From the NCBI GenBank assembly GCA_963817895.1, contig CAWFQB010000010.1, forward strand, positions 1 to 64,000: a stretch of DNA of 64,000 nucleotides, in the 5' to 3' direction. Below, piece by piece: positions 40,515-51,769 of the stretch (position 1 is its first letter; each line of letters begins with the position of its first letter). The notes beneath the pieces are model-generated. The model was not told where the DNA came from. It did no database searches and was given only the letters and a program-made list of their open reading frames with translations. This DNA is from an uncultured Chthonomonadaceae bacterium (GTDB lineage: Bacteria; Armatimonadota; Chthonomonadetes; Chthonomonadales; Chthonomonadaceae). The position numbers and the translations under genes were made by a program.

Positions 40515-41934
40515 ATGCTTCGCGCGCGCCCATACCAGACTATCTCCACAAACGCCAATACCGGACAGAGTATTCGCCTGCCCCGGCGCGTTTCGGGCGT
40601 GTTGGGCGTGATTTTATTCGTTATCGGAATCATTGTGCTTTACCGCTCGGCAAGTCCTAATGGACAGGATTTTCGAGTGTGCTACTATCCGCTCGCGGCG
40701 CGGTTTGCGCGGGGGCAGTCTCCCTATGTCCTTGAAGGCAATCCACTCCGCGTTGCTGAAGCGGCGCGGGGCGAAGCACAACGGATTGTTCTGAACCCCA
40801 ACCCCTACCCACCGTTTACCGCTATTGCCCTGTCCCCCTTCGCGCTTTTCCCCGAACCGATAGCCCGCCATATCTGGCTGACGCTCTCGCTAATCGTGTT
40901 CTTTGCGGGCATCTGGCTGGCGTTAAAGGTTATTGGCCCGGAATGGCCGGTGGAATCGCGCCTGCTGCTGTTGGGAATCACGGCCTGTTCGGGAAGCGCG
41001 CGCTGGTGCGCGGGGCAGTATCAGGCCGCGCTTCTGGTCGCCGGAACTCCTCGGCATTTTCCTGTATGCGGAGATGCGGGGGCGCAAGGGACTGGCCCTC
41101 GCCTGCGCCGTTCTGATGACGCTCAAAGTCAGCCTGCTTGTTCCGGTTGTGCTGTTGTGGGCTTTCCGCAAACGGTATCGGCAGCTGGCGGCCTTTGTGG
41201 TACTGACATTGGTTCTGAATCTTGCGGGACTGGCGCGAACGGGCGTGGCGCAGACCTTTGCGGGCTGGCGGCTGAACATGGCGAACTACGCGGTTCGCGG
41301 CTCCAACAACTACCCGGACACGCGCCAGCATGTGAAGTTCTGGCGCGGCGAACCCTACGACATCGAGATGATGCCGGGAGTGGCGCCCTACGAAAATTTC
41401 AATTATACGAGCCAGTTCACGCACTGGGTATTTCTGTTGAGCGCGTACACGCCCAACATGGTATTCGCCAATCGCCTTGCCGGTCTATGTTCCCTCGCCG
41501 CGCTTTTGTTCCTGTGGCTGCTGTGGCGTCATGCGCGTCCCCATTCTGAGGAGGAGGGATTTTTGCTGGAATTCTTTGCCGTTGGCGTGGCGTTGACCCC
41601 ACTAATTTTCACCCACCTCAAGTACGATGCCGTTGTTTTGATTTTCCCGTTTTTCATCGGCCTGCGATCCCTGTCGACACGCCGTACTAAAGGAAGGACT
41701 GCGATTGTCGTATTGCTGGCGTCGTGCTTTCTGGTCGCGTTTGTCGCGTTTTCTAAAATCGAGGCAATCAGCGAACGGCTTGTCCTCGCAACCAACTTTC
41801 GCGGATTTATCCCCATCTATTCCTATGGCTGCACGCTGGCGTTTCTGGCGGCAGACGTAAGCGCGTGGCATTATAAAAACAACACACAGACGGACGTTAC
41901 AGGCGCAGAGGCCGATGCCGCAGCCGTCTCATAA
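40515..41934 (+). CDS. GT87/DUF2029-like membrane glycosyltransferase (frameshift near 41045)
   Basis: DFRVCYY, YPPF, GQ, LK motifs; multiple TMs. Confidence 0.8.
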
Positions 41935-41951
41935 TTTCAAAGCTGTTTGCG

Positions 41952-43427
41952 TTATAAAAAGCGTTTCACATACGCGGCTTCCGGGGCCGTGAAGACAAAG
42001 CCGAGTTTGCGATTTACGGCAAGCATGGCCGCATTGTCGCCATGATTTTCCGTTTCCATCTGCGCAAGGCCGCGCTTCTTTGCTTCTGTAATGCACAATA
42101 CCTTCAACGCCGTCGCCAGTCCAAGCCCGCGCCAGTCGGGATGAACACCCGTAAAGTACCATTCCAATCCTGTCACGACGCCTGCCCAAACTTCCTCTGA
42201 GTTTTTTGCATCTTCCGATGCTTCCACTGATTGTGCAAGGGCAAGGAAGATTGTTTGCGGGTCGCGATTCGCGAATTCCTGCTCCCACTTCGCATACGGT
42301 TCGGGAATGTAGGGTTCCACTTCGCAAAACGGCTGGGTGGCATGGGCCAGTTGCTCCAGTTCGTACAACTTGCGCCGGTTGTCTGTATTGTCTCCCACTT
42401 CGGCATACGTCACCAACCGGATACCCTGCGCGTGAACCCGTTGGATTGCCGACTCAAATCGCGTTGGATCAAAATTGTTCAGATCAAGGCAGGAGGGATA
42501 AAATCGCTCCAGTAGCTCGAACCCGCGCCTTGCGAGAAACGCGGCGGCGGGCGCGTCCTCTGTTTCGATATAGGCGGCGTACAGCAATTGCGCGTTTCTG
42601 CCCCGCGCAAACGTTTCGGCCTGAACGTACAACGCCCCGCCAATCCCCCGTTGCCGATGTTCGGGCGCGACTTCTAAAATGAGATGGCACTGTCTCGGCC
42701 TGCGGCTTGGTTCAGGAAGACTGCGATCCACAACCTGCAATTGGCCTACGGTCTCCCCGGTTGCTACCGTTTCCGCAATGAGACGCAGGGCGGTTCCCGG
42801 CCCGTTGGCGTACCACCAGTCAATAACATGCGTTCCCAACGCGCTTATCCCGGCGCGGTCTTCCTCCCGGAACGGGCGGAGAGTGTAGATGGTAAGGGGA
42901 TTGTTCAGAATGGCGTTTACTCCGGTTCCGTCCGAGGAGGAGAATGTGTGGAAACCAAGCCGTCGGTGCAGGCGAATGGATGGGAGGTTGTTCGCGTTTG
43001 CGCCGCCGACCAATCGTTTCAAGCGCAGATGCGTAAAGGCGTAACGGATTACAGCGCAGCAGGCTTCAGTAGCATAGCCGTTGCCCCAAAACCGCTTCCC
43101 GAAAGCAAAGCCTAAATGAACTTCCACACTTTGGAATGGCGAAGGGGCATCTTCGGGAACATCGTACCAACCCGCGTTGACATACGCATCCAGATGAACC
43201 TGCCCCAACAACTGCCCGTCGTCTTTGCGCGTCACAGCCCAATAGCCGAACTGATGGCCGCCGAAACGTTTTGGCAGACGGCGTTGCACCTCCTCAAGCG
43301 TCAGGACTTTCCCGCCGTTGTAGTGAAAAAGAACGTCGTAGTCGGAGTAGATTTCGCGATGAAGCGCGGGCGCATCTTCGGCAGTAAAATCGCGCAAAAT
43401 CAGCCGTTCCGTCTCTAAAGTGAGCAT
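41952..43427 (-). CDS. Multi-domain GNAT acetyltransferase (RimJ-like plus two GNAT)
   Basis: LETERLILR..WGNGYATEA; HRQRGIG; TGVHPDWRGLGLATALK. Confidence 0.88.
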   Translation of the reverse strand: MLTLETERLILRDFTAEDAPALHREIYSDYDVLFHYNGGKVLTLEEVQRRLPKRFGGHQFGYWAVTRKDDGQLLGQVHLDAYVNAGWYDVPEDAPSPFQSVEVHLGFAFGKRFWGNGYATEACCAVIRYAFTHLRLKRLVGGANANNLPSIRLHRRLGFHTFSSSDGTGVNAILNNPLTIYTLRPFREEDRAGISALGTHVIDWWYANGPGTALRLIAETVATGETVGQLQVVDRSLPEPSRRPRQCHLILEVAPEHRQRGIGGALYVQAETFARGRNAQLLYAAYIETEDAPAAAFLARRGFELLERFYPSCLDLNNFDPTRFESAIQRVHAQGIRLVTYAEVGDNTDNRRKLYELEQLAHATQPFCEVEPYIPEPYAKWEQEFANRDPQTIFLALAQSVEASEDAKNSEEVWAGVVTGLEWYFTGVHPDWRGLGLATALKVLCITEAKKRGLAQMETENHGDNAAMLAVNRKLGFVFTAPEAAYVKRFL

Positions 43428-43443
43428 ACAAACTGCTTTCTTC

Positions 43444-43797
43444 CTACGAGTGGATAATCAAGGCTGTTTTGGAGAGTTCAAGGAAGTGTGCCGTGCTAAA
43501 AGCTGAAACAATGGAGGGCAACCCAGGAACAAGCAAGGCTTCAAGCGCCGCATTGGTAATGTTCCCTGTTGAGATCAGCAACAGTCGCTCCGGCTGCTGT
43601 TTGACCTGATACGAATTGACAAAATCCGCATCTTTTGTAACCACTACGCGCTGCTCCTGCGCGGCGACTTTCAGTATAAATACGTCTGTCGTCTTGTTCC
43701 CATCCGGCAAGTTAAGCGTATGTATGGCGTCGTGTCCTGCGCTTGCCAACAGGATTACAAGACGGCGCGGCAAATGGGCGTCAATCAGGAATCTCAT
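43444..43797 (-). CDS. DUF5615 PIN-like toxin
   Basis: MRFLIDAHLP, GHDAIH, VVVTKDADF. Confidence 0.88.
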   Translation of the reverse strand: MRFLIDAHLPRRLVILLASAGHDAIHTLNLPDGNKTTDVFILKVAAQEQRVVVTKDADFVNSYQVKQQPERLLLISTGNITNAALEALLVPGLPSIVSAFSTAHFLELSKTALIIHS

Positions 43798-44018
43798 ACC
43801 GGCAGCATCTCAATGCGTTTAATCTGCATCACTCGCGTGGCGTAGGCGAGTACAGCGAGAATGTCTTCAGGCTCAAGGTCCTCGTAGTCGGCTAAAATTT
43901 CCTCATGACTCATTCCTGCCGCGAGAAGCTCCATAATCATTTCGACGGGATAGCGCAAGCCACGAATTACCGGCTTGCCATGACAGATATTCGCGTCCAT
44001 CGTAATCCGTTCCAGCAT
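43794..44018 (-). CDS. DUF433 antitoxin
   Basis: ICHGKPVIRGLR, EILADYEDLEPEDI; ATGA overlap with the toxin. Confidence 0.9.
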   Translation of the reverse strand: MLERITMDANICHGKPVIRGLRYPVEMIMELLAAGMSHEEILADYEDLEPEDILAVLAYATRVMQIKRIEMLPV

Positions 44019-44052
44019 GTTCTCACCTCCTTATACCAGATTGATTGCTGAA

Positions 44053-44337
44053 TCAGCCTTGCGCGTCGCGCCGAAACAAGAGGGGCAAAATTCGTTCCTG
44101 TACGAACTCATAGACAGCATCATTTTCTGCGTCCGCGTCTTCAGTGGTCGCAACCAGCGCGCCCGCCTCCTGATACAACGCGCCGAGTTCGTCCGCCGAA
44201 AGGGCACCATCCGGTAAGCCTGCTTCTTCATCACTGCTGACGTAACGCTCCCATCCCGCCAGCAGGTCGAGCAGGCGCGTACCCGATGTTTTGGCGATTG
44301 GCTTTGTTTGTGTCGCTTCGTTTGACGCAGTGTTCAT
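44053..44337 (-). CDS. Small hypothetical protein
   Basis: ATG overlaps the stop of the upstream ORF. Confidence 0.5.
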   Translation of the reverse strand: MNTASNEATQTKPIAKTSGTRLLDLLAGWERYVSSDEEAGLPDGALSADELGALYQEAGALVATTEDADAENDAVYEFVQERILPLLFRRDAQG

Positions 44338-44618
44338 TATACGCTGACAAACTCCCTTGCCACAGCAGGAACCACCCCCTGTTTGACAACCTCGCATAAC
44401 GTTTCAGTCCACCACTGTTGCCGCCAAATGGCAAAATCCCACGAGTAGATGTCCATATCTGGCGGCGTTTCGCGGACGGGCGGAAGATACACGAACGTAT
44501 CCGGCCCAAGCCGCAATGCTTCTCGGATGCTTTGCGTGGTGATTTCCTCTAAGTTGCGAAATTCCAATTGCCGGGAAACGCCGTGTTGAGAATAGAACAA
44601 CACTTTCACCCTCGGCAA
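44337..44618 (-). CDS. Small hypothetical protein
   Basis: 93 aa ORF in a co-directional string; start uncertain. Confidence 0.45.
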   Translation of the reverse strand: MPRVKVLFYSQHGVSRQLEFRNLEEITTQSIREALRLGPDTFVYLPPVRETPPDMDIYSWDFAIWRQQWWTETLCEVVKQGVVPAVAREFVSV

Positions 44619-44949
44619 TGACCGTCGGCACAGGCGGCGGGGGCGTTCCTGCGGGTAAACCGCTGGTGGGTAGTGTAAACAATAAACGAGTTTTCACGGT
44701 AAAACTTGCCTCCGACGAACAGCATTCCAAACTTCTGTGGCAGCATCCAAATCTTCTTGTGTTGGATCAGGCCATCCTTCGCGTGTCTGTAATGTTTTGA
44801 CGAACTGATGATAGTTTGGGTTCAAAGACCTGTTGATTGGGTGCTGCAAGTTTGGCAGGCGAAATGTACAGAATGTTACCATGCAATTTCAGGAAACGAG
44901 CGCTGAACACGCCGAAGAACCGTTGCGATGTCTACGTGTCACGCAAAAT

Positions 44950-45180
44950 TTAACCAGCAACTTTGGCAGTTAAAGGTTTCAATTCACGGGAGTTTTCTTG
45001 ATTATCCTTCTGCCTTCGTTTCTGTTGGACGTACTCTTCATCGCTGTACTGTTCGTCCCAACATTCTTCGCATGTTCTAAATTGAACGTGTTCGCATCCA
45101 AAATACACTTGCTGTTCTATGTGTTCGCAAGTGAGCGGTTTCCTGCAACACTTACAGATATTATTGCATGGGTTAGACAT
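44950..45180 (-). CDS. Small Cys-rich protein
   Basis: GGAGG RBS; CKCC...CEH...CEH...CEEC. Confidence 0.55.
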   Translation of the reverse strand: MSNPCNNICKCCRKPLTCEHIEQQVYFGCEHVQFRTCEECWDEQYSDEEYVQQKRRQKDNQENSRELKPLTAKVAG

Positions 45181-45199
45181 ATCGCCTCCCTTCATGGCA

Positions 45200-45622
45200 C
45201 TACTTCGAGCGCACGGTGTCGGCATATTCAAACTGTATGAAACGCAGGACACGCGCTTTGGATTTATCCGATAGGCGCGAATACTCAATACGACGCTCCA
45301 TAGGGAGTTCGTCGAGTTGCAGATACTCGTCGCTAGGCAGATACCCCGCTTGCATGAATACCTCATTCACATCCAAATTCAGGCCGAGCGCCAGAGCACG
45401 GCAGGTGTCGCGTCGTACCGTTTCCAGTTCTTCAGGCCGATCTTCCATTCGACGGATAGCGGTAGCGCCAATCGTCGCCTCGCCCTCATCGCGTTGTGAA
45501 TTGTAATTATCCGCAACCTGCTGATAAGTCCAACCCCGCGCCTCACGTTGCTCCTTCACCCATTTCTGAAAGCGTTGTACCCGCGCTACGTCTTCAGGGT
45601 TCTTCCCCGCTTTTCGTCTCAT
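45200..45622 (-). CDS. XRE-family HTH regulator
   Basis: VKEQREARGWTYQQVA...IRRME...ALALGL...EVFMQAGYL. Confidence 0.8.
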   Translation of the reverse strand: MRRKAGKNPEDVARVQRFQKWVKEQREARGWTYQQVADNYNSQRDEGEATIGATAIRRMEDRPEELETVRRDTCRALALGLNLDVNEVFMQAGYLPSDEYLQLDELPMERRIEYSRLSDKSKARVLRFIQFEYADTVRSK

Positions 45623-45726
45623 ATCTACTCCTAGCACAGAGTTGTGCAAAAAACTGACCGGTTGCTTCGCATCAGTCCTACTTATCTAAATCCCACGCAT
45701 GATGATATGCTTGAGAGAACAGTTCA

Positions 45727-45756
45727 ATTGTACTCTATCTAGGATTGACATGTCAA
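45727..45756 (-). promoter_or_regulatory. Promoter with palindromic -35 upstream of the XRE gene
   Basis: TTGACA-18 nt-TACAAT; TTGACATGTCAA perfect palindrome at 45745-45756. Confidence 0.65.
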
Positions 45757-45922
45757 CTCTCATGCGACTTAGTTTACACAATGTTGTGCCAATAAGAGTA
45801 GAGGCAATAGTGTATGTAGCGGCGGCGACATGCTGGCATCTGTTTTTCGTAGTCCTTGTGCATGAACCGGATTTTCAATAATTCGTGTACAGCTACAGCA
45901 CAAGGACTAACACTACAAACTA

Positions 45923-46814
45923 TCAAGCATCTTCGTTGCCGAGGGCGGCGGGGGGAGTGGCACGGCCTACCACGCTGACGAGGGCGGCTAAAGTCATTAA
46001 ATACGGCAGGCCGTCGAGGAGGAAGGGGCTTGTCCATTCGATGCCTAGAAAGACAATGTGCTTGCCCATGAGTTGCAGTTGGGTTTGCAGGGCGTAGAAG
46101 AAGCCGAAGAACAAGGCTCCCAATGCGGCTCCTCCCGGCGTCCATTTGCCGAAAATGACCGCTGCCAGCGCGATGTAACCCTTGCCTGCCGACATGTTGC
46201 TGGAAAAGCCGTGCGCGTCCGATTGCGACAGGTACGCGCCCGCCAATGCCGCCAACATTCCCGACAGCATCACCGCTGCATAGCGGGGCGGACCGGGCGC
46301 GATTCCCGCCATGCGCGCGCTTTCCGGGTTTTCCCCGACCGCCCGTAACCGCAGCCCGAATGTGGTGCGCGACAGCAGCCAGTACACAGCAAACGGCAGG
46401 ACAATCGCCAGTCCCAAAAACAGATTTCCCGGCAGGCCGTTGACGTGGATGCCGGACGGGAACAGGCGCAGACTTAAATACCGCGTCGCGCCCGCCGCCA
46501 GCAGATTGATGCCAAGCCCGCTGACAACGTGGTTCATGCGCAGTTTTTGCGTCAGGGTGGCGTGAAGCAGGCCGACAAGCCCGCCCGCGAATACCGCCAT
46601 TGCAAGCCCGAAGAGGGGCGCGTTTCCGCCCATCGTTTGCGCGCTCTGTTCCGCCACCACGCCCACAAACGCGCCCGTCAGGATCAGGCCTTCCAGCGCG
46701 ATATTGACCACGCCCGCCCGCTCGGACAGAATCCCGCCCATCGCGGCCAAAACAAGTGGCGTCGCGCTGAACAGGGTTGCGGAAACAAAGGCGGCAAGGG
46801 CGTTAGAGGGGCAT
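45923..46814 (-). CDS. Nucleoside/sugar ABC transporter permease
   Basis: SERAGVVNIALEG, GLRLRAVGENP, GKGYIALAAVIFG. Confidence 0.9.
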
Positions 46815-47974
46815 TTTGCGTGGTTGAACCTTCCTGTGGGGTCGTCGGAACAGCCGGGGACGAGTCGCGCTTTGGGCTGCGCGTCAGCCGGATGCCGACA
46901 AATAGAATCACCAATGCCTGCACGATAATGGCGACGGAATTCGGCACATTGGTCAGGGTTTCCATGTAATCGGCCCCGGCTGCCAGAAAGCCGAAGAAGA
47001 ACGCGCTCAGGGTGACAGCCACGCCGCCTAACCCGCCTAGCAGCGCGACCGCAATGCCGTCAAATCCGTAATTACCCGCCACGCCCTGCACGTAGCGATG
47101 ATGAATTCCCGCCACTTCAATCGCGCCCGCAATTCCCGCAAGAGCGCCCGACAAAAACATGGTTGTCACCAGAACCCGGGCGGTTGGGATTCCCGCCGCC
47201 CGCGCCGCTTCCGCGCCCATGCCCACCGCCCGTATCTGATACCCCGCGCTGGTACGCCGTATCAGAAACGTCACGGCAACCGCGCAAACAAGGGCCACAA
47301 TAAACCCCGCTGTCAGATTGCTGCCCGGAACCCAGGGCGACAGCATAGCCGAATGGGAAATCAGCGCGGTTTGCGTGGCCGCGCTTTTCGGGTCTTTCAG
47401 GTTATGCGTAACCAGATACGTGACGATGTTCAGGCCGAGATAATTGAGCATGATCGTGGAAATCACCTCATGGACGCCCCGGTACGCTTTCAGCAGTCCC
47501 GGCAATGCCCCCCACAATCCGCCCGCAACCGCGCCCGCCAGCAGCACAAGCGGCACATGAACAAACGGCGGCAATCCGCCACTCGCGCCCGCTTTGCCGT
47601 CTCGCGCCCCACGTGCCCACAACCGCAGCGGCCAAAGCCCCGACCGTCATTTGCCCCTGCGCCCCGATATTGAACAATCCCGCCCGCAATGCCAGCGCAA
47701 TCGCCAGTCCCGCCAGCAGCAGGGGCGTGACCCGCGACAGGGATTGCGCCAGTTGGTACAAATTGACATGCGCGTTCAACGAGCCAATCGCAATCTGACT
47801 GGTTCCCCGCGCATGTCCCGACTCCAGCCCCGTCGCGCCGCTCCACAACGCGCCATAGGCCGCCCGAACGTCGTACCCCGACAACTGCATCAGGAACGCG
47901 GCCAGCATCAGCCCCGCCAGAATACTCAGCAGGGGACGCGCCCACCCACCGGATTGGGCAATACGGCTATTCAT
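46803..47974 (-). CDS. Nucleoside/sugar ABC transporter permease (frameshifted)
   Basis: GLFNIGAQGQ, EVISTIMLN, GFDGIAVALL. Confidence 0.88.
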
Positions 47975-49574
47975 ACGCGGCTCCCGTCATCAATGCTCCG
48001 ATCCGTTCCGGCGTGGCCTGGGCGCGAGTGAGGATGCCCGCGATGCGCCCGTTGAACATCACGGCGATACGATCCGAAAGGCGCAGCACTTCATCCAAAT
48101 CCAGCGAAAACAGCAGGACGCCCAATCCGTCCGCTTTGGCGCGTTCCAGCGTTTTGTACACAAAGCGGCCCGCTTCCACATCCAGACCCCGCGTGGGCTG
48201 ACAGGCGACGAGCAAACGCGGCCCGGAATCCATGGCGCGGGCAAACACCACTTTCTGCTGATTGCCGCCCGACAACGCCCCGCCCGGAGCCAGTCCGCCC
48301 CGTGTGCCGCCGCGCACGTCGTATTGCTGCACCATCGCCTGCGCGTGTGACAGCAGTACCCGCTCATCAAATGTGACGCCGCCGCCCCAACTCGCTTCGC
48401 GCTCATGGCCGAGCAGATAGTTTTCCGCAATGGAAAAATCCAAAATCATGCCCGCCCGGTGTCGGTCTTCGGGAATATAGGCGATACCCGACTGCTGCCG
48501 CTGACGCACATTCAGCCGCGTAATGTCCACTCCCTCCAGAAACAAACGCCCCGTTTCCATGCGCCGCAACCCCACAAGCGACTCGGAAAGTTCGCGCTGC
48601 CCGCTGCCGTCCACGCCCGCAATTCCTAATATCTCGCTTCTGCCCACGCTCAGGGATACGCTTTGTACCGCTTCCGCCCCCCGCGCGTTTCTCACCGTGA
48701 CATTTTCAACTTGAAGCAGAGGGGAAGCGTCAAAAGCGGCCTGCGAGTTGGCGGAAGGAATTGTTCCGGCATGGCTCCATTCGGCAGTCCCATCTCCTGT
48801 CCCCTGTTCTCTGTTTCCCTGCTCCACATTCAGCGTGGTGGCGCGAATTGGTTCGCGCGCCGATCATGGCGCGAAGCAATTCGGCTTCGCTGGTTTGCGT
48901 TGTGACGAAATCGCCCACGCTTTGCCCTGCCCGCAGGACGCTGACATTCTGGCTGTGCGTCATGACTTCACGCAGTTTGTGGGTGACGAACAGAATGGTG
49001 GAACCCTGCGCGGCAAGCGTATGCAGCAGGGCAAAAAGCGCGTCTACTTCCTGCGGCGCAAGGGTTGCCGTCGGCTCGTCCAGCAGCAGAATACGCGCGC
49101 CCCGGTACAAGCGCTTTGAGAATCTCTACTTTTTGCTGCGCGGCAACGGAAAGCCGTTCCGCGCGCGCATTCAGGTCGAGATTGGCAAGACCAAGCTGTG
49201 TCCGCAAGCTGCCGAACTCGCGCGCCCGCTTTGCGCGGCTGCAAAATTCCGCCCGGCAATCCGCCCTCCGCGCCAAGCATCACGTTTTCCAGAACCGTTA
49301 GCGCGGGAATCAGCGCGTAGTGCTGGCTGACAAGGCCGATGCCGCGCCGAATCGCGTCGGCGGGACTGCGCAGGGCCCCGCTGACTTCCTCGCCCGCCAC
49401 AAAAATACGCCCCGCGTCCGGGCGATACCGCCCGTACAGGATGTTGAGCAGCGTGGATTTGCCCGCGCCATTTTCACCAATCACGGCATGAAACGTGCCG
49501 GACGCGACCCGCAGATGAACGTTCTGGTTGGCGACCACGCCCGGAAACCGCTTGGTGATGTTTTCCATCTTCAC
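47967..49574 (-). CDS. ABC transporter ATP-binding protein, two cassettes (frameshifted)
   Basis: GENGAGKST, LLDEPTA, LSGGNQQK, QPTRGLD. Confidence 0.9.
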
Positions 49575-49925
49575 GATGTAACTCGGAAGCGGGCGGCGTA
49601 TCCAGCGGTATGGGCGTTTAAAATGGGTTCAGGCATGTCGTCATCAGGCCGCGAATGGCCCGCCTTTGCAGCAAATTTGCAGTGAACGCGAAATAATATC
49701 CGCTATTGTAGCCAACACGTGCGCCGGGTGTCAACTTTTGCGAACAAGCCCGCGTAGATAGGCGTCATTCTGTAAGTAGCCGGTGCGTATAAGAGGGTAG
49801 GAGGCAGCAACTGCACGGGGTTGTGAAGTTCCCCTCATACTGCCGATAATGAAGAACACGAACAAGCAACGGATGGAAACCCCGAGGCGCCATGCCTGGT
49901 CTCGGAACCACAAAGGGGACAACCG

Positions 49926-50201
49926 ATGTCACATAACAATGCAGAACGCGCGAATAAAGACAAAACCGGAACCGATGCGGCAAGCAAACCCAAAGCAAGC
50001 CCGACTCTTGTTGTGGAAGTAAATGCCGCGTACAACCGCGACCGTCTGCCGATGCCCCGCCCCAACGGACCAAACGGGCGCCGCGTATTAAATCTCGAAA
50101 TGCTTCTCAATCATCCCATGTACTGGGACTTTCTCAACGAGCGGGAAACCGAAGAGGTTCTCATGGAACTCTACATCGCCCGCACCCGCCGGATGCAGTA
50201 A
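49926..50201 (+). CDS. Small hypothetical protein
   Basis: AAGGGG RBS; followed by a terminator. Confidence 0.6.
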   Translation: MSHNNAERANKDKTGTDAASKPKASPTLVVEVNAAYNRDRLPMPRPNGPNGRRVLNLEMLLNHPMYWDFLNERETEEVLMELYIARTRRMQ

Positions 50202-50240
50202 TTTTGTATGTTTGAAGTTGAGACGTTATAAAATGATTTG

Positions 50241-50270
50241 GGGAGCGCAGAGTATTCTGCGCTCCCTTTA
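50241..50270 (+). terminator. Rho-independent terminator
   Basis: GGGAGCGCAGA-GTAT-TCTGCGCTCCC followed by TTTATCTTT. Confidence 0.75.
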
Positions 50271-50366
50271 TCTTTCATGATTGTCCGCATTTTGGGCAGG
50301 AAAACCAACAGGCAAGCGCGTACTTATCCGTAGATATAAAATGCAGGAAGCGGGATAAGGGCCGGT

Positions 50367-50783
50367 ATGCCGAAGATATATCGTGGAATGAAGCAGGATC
50401 AGGGCAAACCTGCGCTTGGACCAACATCAACGACACTCGGAGCGCGCGTACCGGATGATATTGACGCGGACGCAAGCGGGCTTGTTCATCCCGGCCTCGG
50501 TGGCATGTCTGTTGCGCCCTCTTTACTCGCGTTGCCTGCGCATCGTGTTCCTGAACGTTTGAAGTTCCTGCATCCTAACGCTCGTGGCAGCGCCAATTTA
50601 CACGTCTGGAGTATGGGAACGGGTGAGTTTGCAGATGGCGCATTGACGCAGCAATTATATCTGCGTCTTGATCCAAACAACGTTGACCACGGGTTGGTTG
50701 AACCCGTAGTAAGCATGGTCTTGGCGAGTTATCAGGATGCGTTAGCGGCCACACAAGATTTGTGGACGATTGATGAGAAGTGA
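50367..50783 (+). CDS. Tse2-like ADP-ribosyltransferase-fold protein
   Basis: IYRG...GGMSV...DHGLVEP...M...YQDAL pattern. Confidence 0.65.
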   Translation: MPKIYRGMKQDQGKPALGPTSTTLGARVPDDIDADASGLVHPGLGGMSVAPSLLALPAHRVPERLKFLHPNARGSANLHVWSMGTGEFADGALTQQLYLRLDPNNVDHGLVEPVVSMVLASYQDALAATQDLWTIDEK

Positions 50784-50789
50784 ACAAAC

Positions 50790-51641
50790 ATGGGCGACCT
50801 ATTTGCGAATAATCCCTATTACGTTGAGTACGAATCGCGCCTGAAGCAGCTTAACAGCCTGATGGCTGAAGGCAAAAGCGACACGGACGAAGCGGAAGCC
50901 GTTCGTGACGCAATGGACACGCCTTGGATGCGCTTGACACAAGCGGAGCAAGCGCGTCTCAATGGCCTTTCTGCCGACCTCTACATGCTGCAAGACGATG
51001 AAACGTTTGAGCCTGCCGGTGGGCGTACCAAAATCCAAATTGGACAGGCCATTTTTGCAGCAATGAAGCAGGAAAATTGGGAAGAGGCTCTTGCATTGAT
51101 GCGCAAACCTAACTTAATTCCCAAAGATCGTGTTGCTACGTTTCGCGCAAAAGTTTACGATGAGTTGGGACATCACGATACCGCTCTTTTATTTCTAAAC
51201 TATGCCATAGAAAACACCAAAAACCCGCAGGGACACTTGGTTGTCAAGCTATTTCTTATGCTTGATCTTGGATATACCCATGAAATTGTTCCAGAAGCCG
51301 AACAGTTGCTGGCGCAAGAGTCATTGCCTGATTTTCAGAAGGCAACAGTAGCTATTGTACTGGCGCTTATTGCAAAACACTTGCCTGAACTACAGGCGCG
51401 TTCAATCTACACACATGTAGCCAGTATACTGGAGCGAATCTTGGAGGGTAAAACTCTGCATCCAAGTGATAACGAGATATTGGCAACTATTTATATCTCC
51501 ATCGGCTACTGTTACTTTGTGAGCGGAGATGTTGCTCATGCTTATACGGCTTATGACAATGCCCTAAAACTTGATTATGATAGCAAACTAGAACAAATTG
51601 TCAACCGTTTAGCCCAGATGAACCCTGAACTCGCTAGATGA
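50790..51641 (+). CDS. Helical/TPR protein, putative partner of the upstream gene
   Basis: 6-nt gap to the upstream stop; TPR-like segments such as IGYCYFVSGDVAHAYTAYDNALKL. Confidence 0.7.
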   Translation: MGDLFANNPYYVEYESRLKQLNSLMAEGKSDTDEAEAVRDAMDTPWMRLTQAEQARLNGLSADLYMLQDDETFEPAGGRTKIQIGQAIFAAMKQENWEEALALMRKPNLIPKDRVATFRAKVYDELGHHDTALLFLNYAIENTKNPQGHLVVKLFLMLDLGYTHEIVPEAEQLLAQESLPDFQKATVAIVLALIAKHLPELQARSIYTHVASILERILEGKTLHPSDNEILATIYISIGYCYFVSGDVAHAYTAYDNALKLDYDSKLEQIVNRLAQMNPELAR

Positions 51642-51769
51642 CAGGGACAGTTTCGCCAGCATCCTTGATGCGAGGATTAATTCCCTGAGAAGTGGGGAAA
51701 TTAGAAAATTTGCTGCTGTTGCGGCATAGCTTTAGACTACAATAACATACTTCCATTTTGGAAAATATA

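Noticed and set aside
144..49574. Many frameshifts in housekeeping genes as programmed recoding or mass pseudogenisation
   Set aside because: Those inspected are 1-bp indels in short homopolymers (gnd near 22120, yggS near 15575, permease near 46810) without in-frame stops, typical of long-read consensus error; read polishing would decide
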